From the NCBI RefSeq assembly GCF_004010195.1, contig NC_057719.1, forward strand, positions 79,534,503 through 79,598,502: 64,000 bases of DNA, written 5' to 3'. The stretch comes from Chiloscyllium plagiosum. Lineage: Eukaryota. A model generated the notes under the pieces. That model saw only the letters and a program-made list of their open reading frames with translations, was not told where the DNA came from and made no database searches. The position numbers and the translations under genes are program-made. Shown here piece by piece: positions 1-11,622 of this stretch (position 1 is the first letter of the stretch; each line of letters opens with the position of its first letter).

Positions 1-202
1 TTGCCCATCTCTGGGTGCCCTCGAGAAGGTGGTAGTGAACTATATTCTTAAACTGCCTCAGTCTATCTACTGTAGGTAGGCTCACAATGCTATTAAGGAT
101 AGAACACCTGGATTTTGACCTAGCTACACTGATGAATCAGTGATATATATCCAAGTCAGGATAGTGAGTGGTTTGGATGAGAACTTACAGATCATGGTGT
201 TC

Positions 203-620
203 ATAGAGTCATTGAGATATGCAGCATGGAAACAGAGCCTTCGGTCCAACTCATCCATGCCGACCAGATATCCAAACCTAATCTAGTCCCATCTGCCAGC
301 GCCCAGCTCATAAACCTCCAAACCCTTCCTAATCATATACTCATTCAGATGCCTTTTAAATGTTCCAATTGTACCAGCCTCCACCACTTCCTCTGGCAGC
401 TCATTCCACACATGCACCACCCTCTGTGTGAAAAAGTTGACCCTTAGGTCTCTTTTATATCTTTCCCCTCTCACCCTAAACCTATGCCCTCTAGTTCTGG
501 ACTCTCCCATCCCAGGGAAAAGACCTTGTCTATTTACTCTATCCATGACCCCCATGATTTTATAATCATCTACAAGGTCACCCCTCAGCCTCTGACGCTC
601 CAGGGAAAGCAGCCCTAGCC
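203..620 (-). mobile_element. CR1/HER1-type LINE, 3' fragment
   Basis: Minus-strand ORF2 C-terminus LERQRLRGDL..YKIM..SRTRGHRF..FFTQRVVHVWNELPEEVVEA..FKRHL, then the 3' UTR (ggaccgaagg..tgtttcc) and a ctatga-type tail. It interrupts an older LINE. Confidence 0.9.
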
Positions 621-1530
621 CCCAGGTATCTGCTGCCATTGTCCTTCCAGATGGAAGTGGACTAAGGAGTCTCAGTGAATTTCTACAGTGCACCCTGTAG
701 ATCGTAGCCTCCACCAGCAACCCCCCCCCCCCCCCCCCCCCCCCCGCAACCACCACTATGACCACCACCATTGGTAGTGGTGGAAATGAATGTTATTTTG
801 TGCATTTGGCGTCAATCAAGCAAACTGCTTTGTCCACAATGGTCTCAAACCTTTTCAGTGTCACTGGAGCTGCAAGTAAGCCTTGTAGATGGTGGACAGG
901 CTTTTAGAGTCAGGAGATGTGTCATTCACTGTAGGATTCCTAACCTCTGACCTGCTCTTGTAGACGCTATTTTGATGGCAAGTCCAGTTCAGTTTCTGTT
1001 CAATAGTAACCCCCAGGCTGTTGAAATTGGTGGATTTAGCAATGACAATGCGATTGACTGTCATCACCTGGCACTTATATGGAATGTATGTTACCTGCTA
1101 CTTGTCAATCTGAATGTGGATATTATCCAGGTCTTGCTGCATTTAAACACAAACTGTTTCAGTATCTGAGGAGATGTGGGTGATGCTGAACATTGTGCAA
1201 TCATTGGCGAATATCCACATTTCTGACCTTATGATGAAGGGAAGGTGAAGCAGCTGATGACGGTTGGGCTTAGGACACTACTCTGAGGAATTCCTGCTGA
1301 GATGTCCTGGAGCTGAGATGACTGACCTCCAACAACCATGACAATCTTCATATATACCAGGAATGACTCCAACCAGCAGAGAGTTTGCCCCGATGCCCAT
1401 TGATTCAATTTTTGCACTTGGTCAAATGTGTCCTTGATGTCAGGAGCTGTCACTCTTTTGCCCATATTTGGACCAAGGCTGCAATGGGATCAGAAGTTGG
1501 ATGGCTCTGGCAGAAGCCAAATTGAGCATC
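620..1530 (-). mobile_element. Old CR1/L2-clade LINE remnant (second family; also 1-200)
   Basis: Decayed RT motifs on the minus strand (DISAGIPQSSVLSP; LGVTIEQKLNWT). Same family as 22990-24520, 31665-33270 and 54838-55655. Confidence 0.75.
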
Positions 1531-1872
1531 GGTGCCAGAATCACATTGCCAGTGGATGCCGATGTTGTGGCTGTAATGGAATAGTTTATGCAGGGGCACG
1601 GTGTTGTTGTGGTATAGTCAGCAGCCTCAGCCCCTGAAGAGATGCTGCAGTTCACAGTGACTGTCTGCCTCTGATTACCCAGCAGCCTCAGGCAGGGTCC
1701 TCTGGGTGCACTTACCCATGCCAGGTAGTGACACACTGAAAAAATGCTCACTTACTGCCTGATAAAGGCAAGATTGTGTGAGCTTTCCCATTGGTGGTGG
1801 GAGGTGGAGTTGTACTCTGCACATTCCGGCATCTGTCAACATGCTTAGAAATGGAATTGGAAAATTGTGACC

Positions 1873-2215
1873 ACAGGATGAAGTTTCCCTGATTATCCCA
1901 GAGCTGGGAGATTACATATAGGGAACATTTTCCCTACAATCCCAATTGTGTGGAGATTAGAGACAGGATAATGTTTCTCTTACAATTGCAATTGGAGAGA
2001 GATTAGATGCAGGATAAAGTTTCCCTCTACAATCCCAATAATAAAGAGGCTAGATACAGTGCAAATTACACTCTACATTCCTCAGTTGTAGGGCATTAGA
2101 AACAAGGTATTGATCTTGCTCTATTTCCATGTTTGGAGGTTAGATCGAGGGTAAACATCTTTCTATGTTCCCAGTTGTAGGGGATTAAATAGAATGAAAA
2201 ATTCCTTTTGCATTT
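1873..2215. repeat. Degenerate ~43-bp minisatellite, ~8 units
   Basis: Recurring unit approximating gattagatacaggataaagtttccctctacaatcccaattgtaggg. Confidence 0.7.
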
Positions 2216-3049
2216 CCAAAGGTAACCGATGTTGGTGGGATAATTAAGTAGGAGTGTGAGCCAGTCTATCTGCATTTTGGTAAAATAGGATCCATTCTCC
2301 TATACCACTCTATGACATCAGTTAAACTATAGTTTATTGATGATTGCCTTTGGCCAGAATACTGGCGAGTTTTGACTTAATCCCACTGAGATCAGCTAAA
2401 GGGGCTGGGAAAGAGTCTGTCTGAGAATCACAGGGAAGGCTCATTGATTGGAATTGGTCCCATTTGGCCAGCAGATTGCACTGGTAACAGACAACAATAA
2501 TGAAGCTCATTAGATTGATATGAATCTGCAGTCTCTGGTCTCTGGTCCCTGATCCAAATCAGTCACTTGTGACTGAATCAGTCTAAACATCCAGGACTAA
2601 TTAAAGGCATCTAGGATTCCCCATTAGTGCAGTATAGGATAGAATCACCTTTAATGAATATGCACTAACCCAAGGCCTGAATATTGAATAGAAGGACTGA
2701 GATTACTGAACTGCTCAGATTCAAAGTCCAGCCCCAGTGGGTGTAACATGATAAAGTCACAGTACTGTGCATGGCTAGTAGGCACCAGCGTTCCTGCTCT
2801 CAAATCTCCAGCAGTTTTTCACATTGTTTATGACTGCTCCCAGTGAATTATTTTATAATCCTGACGAGATCCACGTCATACCCTCCAACTTGCTCTCAGC
2901 ATTTTCTTTATGCGGAGAGATTATGGTATGATAAAGAGTGATGGGATTTTGGTATCTGTGTAAAAGCAGCACAGGGGGTCAAGAAGTAGTAAAAGGACCT
3001 GAAGGATTACTTGACTTTATCAGGCTGAAGCAACAAGATGTGGCATGCG

Positions 3050-3320
3050 TAGCTGTGGCTCATTGGTAGTACTCTTGACTTTGATCCATGTGAGTACAAT
3101 GCTCAAGCTCATCACAGCTTGCATGTACAATACTGAGTAAGCACAGTAACTTTGGAGATATCATCTTCACAGTGCTAATCCAAGGCCCCCTTTAGGTTGG
3201 TATGAAAAGATCGCATTCTTTTGAAGAGGAGAAAGGGAGTTATCCACTGTGGTTCTGACCAATATCTATCCTTTAGTCAACATCACAAAGATGGATCACT
3301 TTGTAAACCACGTTCATTGT
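3050..3320 (+). mobile_element. Old Deu-domain-like SINE (SacSINE1/AmnSINE1-like)
   Basis: Head gctgtggctcattggtagtactct and core gaagagga..gggagttatcc..ctgaccaatat.tatcc.t.agtcaacatcac. Related remnants lie near 25245, 39725, 54650(-), 59400(-), 61430 and 62280. Confidence 0.55.
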
Positions 3321-4123
3321 TCAAACAAAGTGCCGATGGAAGATGGATGTAAGTCATTACAATGTCAACATAACATTTCGTTTTAGCCTTGGATTGGCTA
3401 CATTGCAGACACCCCAGTGTGATCCTGGGCCAAGAAAGGTTGAATTCTATGGACTGGCTGTTTTTTATATATCACATCGATGTGTTTGGGATCTTGTTGC
3501 ATGCAAATAGGGCTGCCACAGTTTCTGAGATCACAATAGCGTCTGAACTTCGAAGAAAATTAAGTTTGTTAATGGGACAAGGCTTTAGGATGGCTGATAA
3601 CCTGCAAGTTTCTGTATAAATGCGAGACATTCTTTTCCTTTCTTTTGGAGATAAAGAACAGTTACTAATGAACTGAATACAGCTTAAGGGGCTGTATACT
3701 GAAATGTCTCTGAAAGCATTGGTATAGCTCAGTATCTGGCACCCATCGACCATTTTAAACCTGAGTCTAGACACTTCTGATAGTGCACTGTTTTGTGGGA
3801 AGTTGAAGCTAGGGTGGGAGAGGATAGTGTGCAGGGTGGGGGAGGGATCCAATAGCATGCAGGAAACCCAGAAGTTAGTGTTGGGGCCAGTGTGGTTGGA
3901 CATTAGTTGCTCCTCAGCCAAACCACAGTACCATTCTGTTCCTTCCAATTTTTAAGCTAGTCAGCAATGATAGGAGTGACTAAATCTGCAGGACATAATT
4001 CCAACTCCAACATGTTGAAGAACAATTCTACCAAGTAATTTGACAGAGTGTGGAGTTGGGAGTCTAAGGGAAGGAAATGTCAGAATGGGAAGGCCGACTC
4101 AGTTCAGTGACACCTTCCTAGAT

Positions 4124-4432
4124 GGGCGGCACGGTGGCACAGTGGTTAGCACTGCTGCCTCACAGCGCCAGAGACCCGGGTTCAATTCCCGCCTCAGGCG
4201 ACTGACTGTGTGGAGTTTGCACGTTCTCCCCGTGTCTGCGTGGGTTTCCTCCGGGTGCTCCGGTTTCCTCCCACAGTCCAAAGATGTGCAGGTCAGGTGA
4301 ATTGGCCATGCTAAATTGCCCGTAGTGTTAGGTAAGAGGTACATGTAGGGGTATGGGTGGGTTGTGCTTCAGTGGGGCGGTGTGGACTTGTTGGGTCGAA
4401 GGGCCTGTTTCCACACTGTAAGTAATCTAATG
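4124..4432 (+). mobile_element. HE1-type tRNA-derived SINE, full length, young
   Basis: A box tggcacagtgg, B box ggttcaattcc, central ctgtgtggagtttgcacgttctcccc, LINE-like tail gaagggcctgtttccacactgta and an aatct-type end. Confidence 0.92.
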
Positions 4433-4689
4433 TAATGCTGGGGCTTGGTAGGAACTTTGAGTAGGTTTTTATGCTGTTCCTCAGTAATGGGAGGAAGAAA
4501 CCAGCTTGAACCATCAAGAGGACATGGTTGGTGATGGAATGAGAGGTTAGCTACAGAAATGTGGCACTATGCTGTTGATTACAATGCCAAAGGTGTTTCA
4601 GTGGCCAAAGCTGGACAGAAAAGATGAGAACAATGCTATATGCAGTCTAATATATATTTATCACAAAAGCTTCCTGAGACAGAATAGTC

Positions 4690-4822
4690 AGGTGATTTCA
4701 CCTGGAGAAGGAACAACGTTCTAAAAACTTGTGATTTTGAATAAACCTGTTGGACTATAACCTGGTGTCGTGTGGCTTCTGACTTTGTCCACTCCAGTCC
4801 AACACTGGTACCTCTACATCAT
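4690..4822 (+). mobile_element. Penelope-like terminal repeat, family C, degenerate
   Basis: aataaacctgttggactataacctggtgtcgtgtg..tgtccactccagtccaacac matches 34490-34560. A decayed hammerhead-like core is present (cctggagaaggaacaacgttctaaaaac). Confidence 0.7.
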
Positions 4823-5059
4823 GGCTGGCCAGATCTGCTGAGTTTCTCCAGCAATTTCTATCTTTATTTTAGGTTTCCAGCATCCACAGTTCTTGACTTT
4901 AATTTAGCTTCCTGAGTCTGTTTTCTCAAGTTGAGTCCTGTAAAACACTCCTCCCACCAATTTACCCAATATGTATACATACCTCCATCTCTGTCTATTC
5001 AGTTCCTCCCATCCCCAACTGCCCATCCACCACTAACACTCGCCCTCATCCTGAAGTAA

Positions 5060-5340
5060 TGGTGACAGAGGAAAGATATAAAAGAGACCTAAGGGGCAAC
5101 TTTTTCACGCAGAGGGTGGTATGTGTATGGAATGACCTGCCAGAGGAAGTGGTGGAGGCTGGTACAATTACAATTTTTAAAAGGCATCTAGATGGGTTTA
5201 TGAAAAGGAAGGGTTTGGAGGGATATGGGCTGGGTGCTGGCAGGTGGGACTAGATTGGGTTGGATATCTGGTCGGCATGGACAGGTTGGACCGAAGGGTC
5301 TCTTTCCGTGCTGTACATCTCTATGACTGTATGATTCTAA
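5060..5340 (+). mobile_element. CR1/HER1 LINE, 3' fragment
   Basis: ERYKRDLRGNFFTQRVVCVWNDLPEEVVEAG plus 3' UTR and tail. Confidence 0.9.
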
Positions 5341-5459
5341 TGTCATCCCTCATACCACCCTCAGCCAATGTCCTTCATTCTGCAGTGGGCACACACCATT
5401 TCTCTCACTGTAGGTCTCTTCTTTCCCTCCTTAGACAGAAGTAGAGGTTGTGCAATCTC

Positions 5460-5707
5460 ACGTGCAGGTCCTTGGCCTCCTCCATCACCAGACCCTGGCC
5501 ACACGACACTTGGAGGAAGAGCGCCTCATCTTCCGCCTAGGAACCCTCCAACCACATGGGATGAATGTAGATTTCTCCAGCTTCCTCATTTCCCCTCCCC
5601 CTACCTTATCTCAGTCCCAACCCCTGAATTCAGCACTGCCCTCTTGACCTGCAATCCTCTTCCCGATCTTTCCGCCCCACCCCCTCTCCGGCCTATCACC
5701 CTCACCC
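5460..5707 (+). mobile_element. Penelope-like element: GIY-YIG endonuclease C-terminus plus pyrimidine-rich 3' UTR
   Basis: QVLGLLHHQTLATRHLEEERLIFRLGTLQPHGMNVDFSSF is typical of the end of the Penelope GIY-YIG domain. Confidence 0.8.
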
Positions 5708-6100
5708 NNNNNNNNNNNNNNNNNNNNNNNNNNNNNNNNNNNNNNNNNNNNNNNNNNNNNNNNNNNNNNNNNNNNNNNNNNNNNNNNNNNNNNNNNNNNN
5801 NNNNNNNNNNNNNNNNNNNNNNNNNNNNNNNNNNNNNNNNNNNNNNNNNNNNNNNNNNNNNNNNNNNNNNNNNNNNNNNNNNNNNNNNNNNNNNNNNNNN
5901 NNNNNNNNNNNNNNNNNNNNNNNNNNNNNNNNNNNNNNNNNNNNNNNNNNNNNNNNNNNNNNNNNNNNNNNNNNNNNNNNNNNNNNNNNNNNNNNNNNNN
6001 NNNNNNNNNNNNNNNNNNNNNNNNNNNNNNNNNNNNNNNNNNNNNNNNNNNNNNNNNNNNNNNNNNNNNNNNNNNNNNNNNNNNNNNNNNNNNNNNNNNN
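5708..6100. other. Assembly gap (N run) followed by a poly-G tract
   Basis: 393 Ns. Confidence 1.
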
Positions 6101-6125
6101 GGGGGGGGGGGGGAGGGGGGGGGGG

Positions 6126-6175
<50 letters not shown>

Positions 6176-6176
<1 letters not shown>

Positions 6177-6590
6177 GAAGGTAGCTGAGAGTGCAATAGT
6201 TGGATGGAGGTGGGGGTAGAGGTGATAGGTCAGAGAGAAGGGTGGAGCAGATAGGTAAGAAGGAAGATTGACAGGTGGGGCCGGTCATGAGGGCGGTGTT
6301 GAGCTGGAAGATTGGAACTAGGGTAAGGTGGGGTGGGAAGGGGAAATGAGGAAATTAGTGAAGTCCACATTGATGCCCTGGGGTTGAAGGGTCCAGGCAT
6401 CGGGTGGCGAGGGAGTGGCGATGGAGGAGGCCCAGGACCTGCATGCCCTCAGCAGAGTGGGAGGGGGAGTTGAAGTGTTCAGCCACAGAGCGGTGGGGTT
6501 GATTGGTGCAGGTGTCCTGGAGATGTTCTATGAAGCACTCTGCGAGAAGGCATCCAGTCTCCCCAATGTAGAGGAGACTGCATCGGGAGA
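6176..6590 (-). mobile_element. Penelope-like GIY-YIG fragment, inverted relative to 5460-5707
   Basis: Minus strand reads SRCSLLYIGETGCLLAECFIEHL..NQPHRSVAEHFNSPSHSAEGMQVLGLL (YIG motif), followed by a 3' UTR similar to that of the plus-strand copy. Confidence 0.82.
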
Positions 6591-7589
6591 AGCTGATTCT
6601 TCCCCTTCTTCAATGGTAAGCCAGTTGGTGTGGTCAGCAGTGCGAATGAGAAACACTACACTTGTCTATTGACGTGATGGAGGTTTCAGTGCTTCAGCTT
6701 TACAAGGTGGTCACTATAACATATACAACTTCATTACATTGTTCAACGGGACAGGGAATAGAAATCTCTGCAGCAAAACTTCTTCAGCTAGACCGAAGCA
6801 CGACAGTGATGTTTTGCTTATCTATGAGAGACCATGCGATTCTTCATCATTGTCTACTGTTCCAAGCACACTGCCGGAAGCAACAGTAGTCAGTCTTGAA
6901 GCTTCACTCATCTTGTATTTTCATTTAGAACATTTTGTTTTATGTACAAATGGAGTCGCGACAGTCTGGATTGCAAATCTTGCAGTACAGAGGCAATCTG
7001 AGATTTGTGTTAATCCTATGCAGTCTATTGCGGGTCTTTTGAAGCAGTAAATCCACATCCAAGTGACTCACCCCTCTCTGCATCCTAAACTTGAGTATAT
7101 GAAGTAACAGCTGCCAGATGTTCAGGTGCTGCCACTGTAGTTGAAGCTTCACCGCTTGCCAGTCTTTGATTGTCACATCTTCTCCACAAAGTATCATCAA
7201 AGAGATAAAACTAGATGATGTCCAGTTAAGTGGAAGTGGGACCCTCTTGACAAATTCTCACCTCTCTTCATCCTGATGTGGCAGCCCACTGGCCGCTTCA
7301 GTTCAATGACCTTTGAGATACTGTTACCAACCCAACTCTTCTTGCTTCAGCTGCTGAGAGTACAGGCCAATACCTTCCTACACCATTCCCCATGACCAGA
7401 TCAGGGAGAATTGGGAGACTCCACAGTAACTGAATCTGTGTCCAACAGACATTGCTGGTGAAGGGATTGGAAATACATTCAGTTAAAGGGTTTTAGTTAA
7501 GTGCTTTATATTCATGTTAATCAAATATTTTTGTAATCTGAGAACTTGGTGGGAGGTGGAGATAGAGGCTTTACTGAAAATGTAAATGA

Positions 7590-7830
7590 ATTTTTTTTCC
7601 TATTTGTTCATGGGATGTGAGTGTTGCTGTCTAGGTCAGCATTTACTGCTCACTCTTAAGAGCCAAACACATTGCAGTCATACTGGAGTCATAGGTAGGC
7701 CAGACCAGATAAGGATGACAGGTTTTTGTATTTTCCTTAAAGGACATGAGTGAATCACATCGGTTTCTGTTTCACAACGATTGATAATAGATACATGGTC
7801 AACATTAAATAATTTTCTTTATTCCAGATT
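7590..7830 (-). mobile_element. Second tRNA-headed SINE family, partial
   Basis: ctggagtca..taggccagaccag.taaggatg core shared with 28405-28750 and 30165-30510. Confidence 0.6.
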
Positions 7831-7869
7831 TTTACGGATTGCATCGTCTTGTTCAGTTCTGACCAAATG

Positions 7870-9500
7870 TCATAGACTCATACAGCATGGAAACAGATCC
7901 TTTCGTCCAACCACTCCATGCCAAACACGATCCCAAACTAAACTAGTCCCACCTGCCTGTTCCTGGCCCACATCCCTCCAAACATTTCCTATTTTTGTAC
8001 TTATCTAAGCATCTTTTAAATGTTGTAATTGTGCCCACATCCACCACTTCTTCAGGAATTTCAGTCCAAACATGAGCCAACCTCTGTGTAAAGAATTTGC
8101 TCTTTATGTCTTTTTTAAACCCCTTTCCTCTCACCTTAAGAATATGTCCCCGGTCTTGAAATCTCCCATCCTAGGGAAAAGACACCTACTATTAACTTTA
8201 ACTATACAACAGGGAGAACTAGCCATTTGGATACAGAACTGGCTCAAAGGTAGAAGACAGAGAGTGGTGGTGGAGAGTTGTTTTTCAGACTGGAGGCCTG
8301 TGACCAGTGGAGTGCCACAAGGATCGGTGCTGGGTCCTCTACTTTTTGTCATTTAAATAAATGATTTGGATGCGAGCTTAAGAGCTACAGTTAGTAAGTT
8401 TGCAGATGACACCAAAATTGGAGGTGTAGTGGACAGCGAAGAGGGTTACCTCAGATCACAACAGGATCTGGACCAGATGGACCAAGGGGCTGAGAAGGGC
8501 AGATGGAGTTTAATTCAGATAAATGCGAGATGCTGCATTTTGGGAAAGCAAATCTTAGCAGGACTTATACACTTAATGGTAAGGTCCTAGAGAGTGTTGC
8601 TGAACAAAGAGAACTTGGAGTGCAGATTGATAGCTCCTTGAAAGTGGAGTCGCAGGTAGATAGGATGGTGAAGAAGGTGTTTGGTATGCTTTCCTTTACT
8701 GGTCAGAGTATTGAGTACAGGAGTTGGGAGGNNNNNNNNNNNNNNNNNNNNNNNNNNNNNNNNNNNNNNNNNNNNNNNNNNNNNNNNNNNNNNNNNNNNN
8801 NNAGGCTGAGGGGTGACCTTATAGAGGTTTACAAAATTATGAGGGGCATGGATAGGATAAATAGACAAAGTCTTTTTCCTGGGGTCGGGGAGTCCAGGAC
8901 TAGAGGGCATAGGTTTAGTGCAAGAGGGGAAAGATATAAAAGAGACCTAAGGGGCAACTTTTTCACACAGAGGGTGGTGCGTGTACGGAATGAGCTGCCA
9001 GAGGAAGTGGTGGAGGCCGGTTCAATTGCAACATTTAAGAGGCATTTGGATGAGTATATGAATAGGAAGGGTTTGGAGGGATATGGGTCGGGTGCTGGCA
9101 GGTGGGACTAGATTGGATTGGGATATCTGGTCGGTATGGATGGGTTGGACCAAAGGGTCTGTTTCCGTGCTGGACATCTCTATGACTCTAAGGCCTCATG
9201 ATTTTATAAACCTCCATAAGGTCACCTGTCAACTTCTTACATTCCAGTGTAAAAAGTCCCAGCCTATCCAGCCTTTCTTTATATCTTAAGCCTTCCATAC
9301 TCATCAACATCCTGATAAATCTTTTCTGAACTCTCTCCAGCTTAATGATATCCTTCCTGTAACTGGGTGACCTGAACTGGACACAGTATTTCAGAAGAGA
9401 CCTCACCAACGTCCAGTACAACTCCTGTACTCAAAGGGCTGAGCAAAAAGGCAGGTGTGCTGTGCACCTTCTTAAGCACCCTGTCTTTATGTGAGGCAAA
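7870..9500 (-). mobile_element. CR1 LINE (minus) split by a younger CR1 insertion; pieces at 7870-8203 and 9191-9500
   Basis: ORF2 C-terminal peptides are colinear across the insertion (YCVQFRSP..LERVQKRF..EVYKIMR / RGKGFKKD..FFTQR). Confidence 0.8.
8205..9190 (+). mobile_element. Young CR1/HER1 LINE, 5'-truncated, with partial RT (includes gap 8732-8802)
   Basis: WIQNWL..RRQRV..VTSGVPQGSVLGPLLF..SKFADDTKIGG..KCEMLHFGK..WNELPEEVV and the tail ctctatgactcta. Confidence 0.92.
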
Positions 9501-9504
9501 CCAA

Positions 9505-9640
9505 AATCAGAAAGTGCTGGAGAAACTCAGCAAGTCTGACAGTGTCTGTGGGGAGAGAAGCAGAGTGAACGTTGCAAGTCCAGTGAGCCTTCTTCAGAAC
9601 GCAGATTTCCAGCATTGGCACTTCTTTGTTTCATTTATCT
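9505..9640 (-). mobile_element. Penelope-like terminal repeat, family B (older); related pieces at 4825-4900, 30000-30110, 31900-32010, 42830-42875
   Basis: Minus strand reads ttctgaagaaggctcactggacttgcaacgtt..ctgctgagtttctccagcac, a decayed CTGAAGA..GAAAC core. Confidence 0.6.
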
Positions 9641-9987
9641 CTGGAACAGCCTGGGCCTCTGGACTACTAGTCCAGTGACATTACCACAACACTAATGCCT
9701 CTCCAAGAAATAAGGTCTCATTCAAGATTTGAACCCTGGATTGATTCATTTACTCAGGGCTCAAAGTGTAAACCATGCTATTAGATCAACAAGCCAGTCA
9801 GAGGGAAGCAGTGATGTGAGCTGGAACAGTGATCTCAGTAATTATGTGCGAGTACTCTGCTGGGAAGTTGGAACCCGTAAAGCACACAGCGTGCAAACTG
9901 TTAATGAACTCAGTTTAAAACTAACAGAGCAAACTGGTCAGAGCTTACACAAAGATCTAACTAATCCATTATATTATAACTGACGTA

Positions 9988-10115
9988 TTTCTGATTAAGG
10001 GCTTTTGCTTGAAACGTCGATTTTCCAGCTCCTCGGATGCTGCCTGACCTGCTGTGCTTTTCCAGCACCACACTCTCGACTCTAATCTCCAGCATCTGCA
10101 GTCCTCACTTTCGCC
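9988..10115 (+). mobile_element. Penelope-like terminal repeat, family A (solo unit)
   Basis: ctgattaagggcttttgcttgaaacgtcg..ccagcatctgcagtcctcactttcgcc, with direct repeat GTATTTCT at 9985-9992 and 10118-10125. Confidence 0.8.
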
Positions 10116-10854
10116 TAGTATTTCTCCATCTGTCCTCCTCCTGCTCATATGCCTCTCCATTATCCTTATCTCAGGAGGATAGCAACTCCTCCATGCCGTC
10201 GCATGGTAATTCCCTCTCTCCAATACAAAGGAACATTGGGCAATACAGGACAGCCCACAACTACCCTACCTGCTCTCTGTGGGGCGTGCTTCAGTACTCT
10301 GCGTGACAAGTCAGGACAGCGGAAACACATATGCAGCAAACCAAAAGTCTGTTCTATGATTGTTGTCACAACCTATGTGCAGCACAGTGACACTTCATCA
10401 TAGGGCTGTAGGGATGGACTCGTGAGCCATGTCCTCAGGAGATAAGACCAGAAGATATAGAAGTAGAATTGGGACATTTATCTCATCGAGTCTGCTCCAC
10501 CACTCGCTAATGGCTAATATGTTTTCCAAGCCCATTCTCTTATCTTCTAATCGTAAGCCTTGATCCCCTTACTGAACAAGAACTTATCTTATCTGACTTA
10601 AATACACTGAAAGACTTGGCTTTTGCAGTCCTCTACAACAATGAGTTCCACAGAGTCACCACCTTCTGGCTGAAGAAATTCCTCCTCATCTCAGTTCTAA
10701 AGTGTTACCCTTCACTCTGAGGCTGTGCCTTTGGGTCCTCATCTCTCCTGATAGTGGAAACATCCTCTCCATGTCCACTCTATCTAGACCTTTCAGTATC
10801 CTATAAATTTCAATCAGATCACTTTTATCTGTCAATTGAGGAGTTTAGATTCCA

Positions 10855-11622
10855 GAGTCAGAGGGTCATAGAGGCATAGAGATGTACAGCATGGAAATGG
10901 ACCCTTTGGTCCCAACCCAATCTAGTACCACCTGCCAGCACCCGACCCATATCCCTCCAAACCCTTCCTATTCATATACTCATCCAAATGCCTCTTAAAT
11001 GTTGCAATTGTACCAGCCTCCACCACTTCCTCTGGCAGTTCATTCCATATACGCACCACCCTCTGTGTGAAAACATTGCCCCATAGGTCTCTTTTATATC
11101 TTTCCCCTCTCGCACTAAACCTATGCTCTCTAGTCCTGGACTCCCCACCACAGGGAAAAGACTTTGTCTATTTATCCTATCCATGCCCCTCATGATTTTG
11201 TAAACTTCTATAAGTTCACCCCTCAACCTCTGACGCTCCAGGGAAAACAGCCCTAGCATGTTCAGCCTCTCCCTATAGCTCAAATCCTCCAACCCTGGCA
11301 ACATCCTTGTAAATCTTTTCTGAACCCTTTCAAGTTTCACAACATCTTTCCGATAGGAAGGAGACCAGAATTGCATGCAATGTTCCAACAGTGGCCTAAC
11401 CAATGTCCTGTACAGCCGCAACATGACCTCCCAACTCCTGTACTCAATACTCTGACCAATAAAGGAAAGCATACCAAATGCCTTCTACAATATCCTATCT
11501 ACCTGCAACTCCACTTTCAAGGAGCTATGAACCTGCACTCCAAGACCTCTTTGTTCAGCAACACTCCCTCGGACCTTACCATTAAGTGTATAAGTCCTGC
11601 TAAGATTTGCTTTCCCAAAATG
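10855..11622 (-). mobile_element. Young CR1/HER1, non-inverted 3' segment
   Basis: Starts at CATTTTGGGAAAGC (HFGKA), continues LYRTLVRPLLEHCMQFWSP..LERVQKRFTRML, and ends in the 3' UTR and tail. Confidence 0.92.

Noticed and set aside
721..745. Poly-C/poly-G runs (also 6101-6175, 30527-30550, 37680-37704) as G-quadruplex elements
   Set aside because: Homopolymer lengths are unreliable in a gapped assembly, and there is no independent evidence of function.
4124..4200. tRNA gene
   Set aside because: tRNA-derived SINE head continuing into the HE1 body. The same applies to all such heads.
5368..6288. Long Gly/Pro-rich ORFs spanning the gap
   Set aside because: Artefacts of translating Ns and the poly-G run.
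6590..7400. Coding-like unique stretch (possible pseudogene)
   Set aside because: Multiple stops in the frames examined and no recognisable protein family. It would need a BLASTx hit to support a call.
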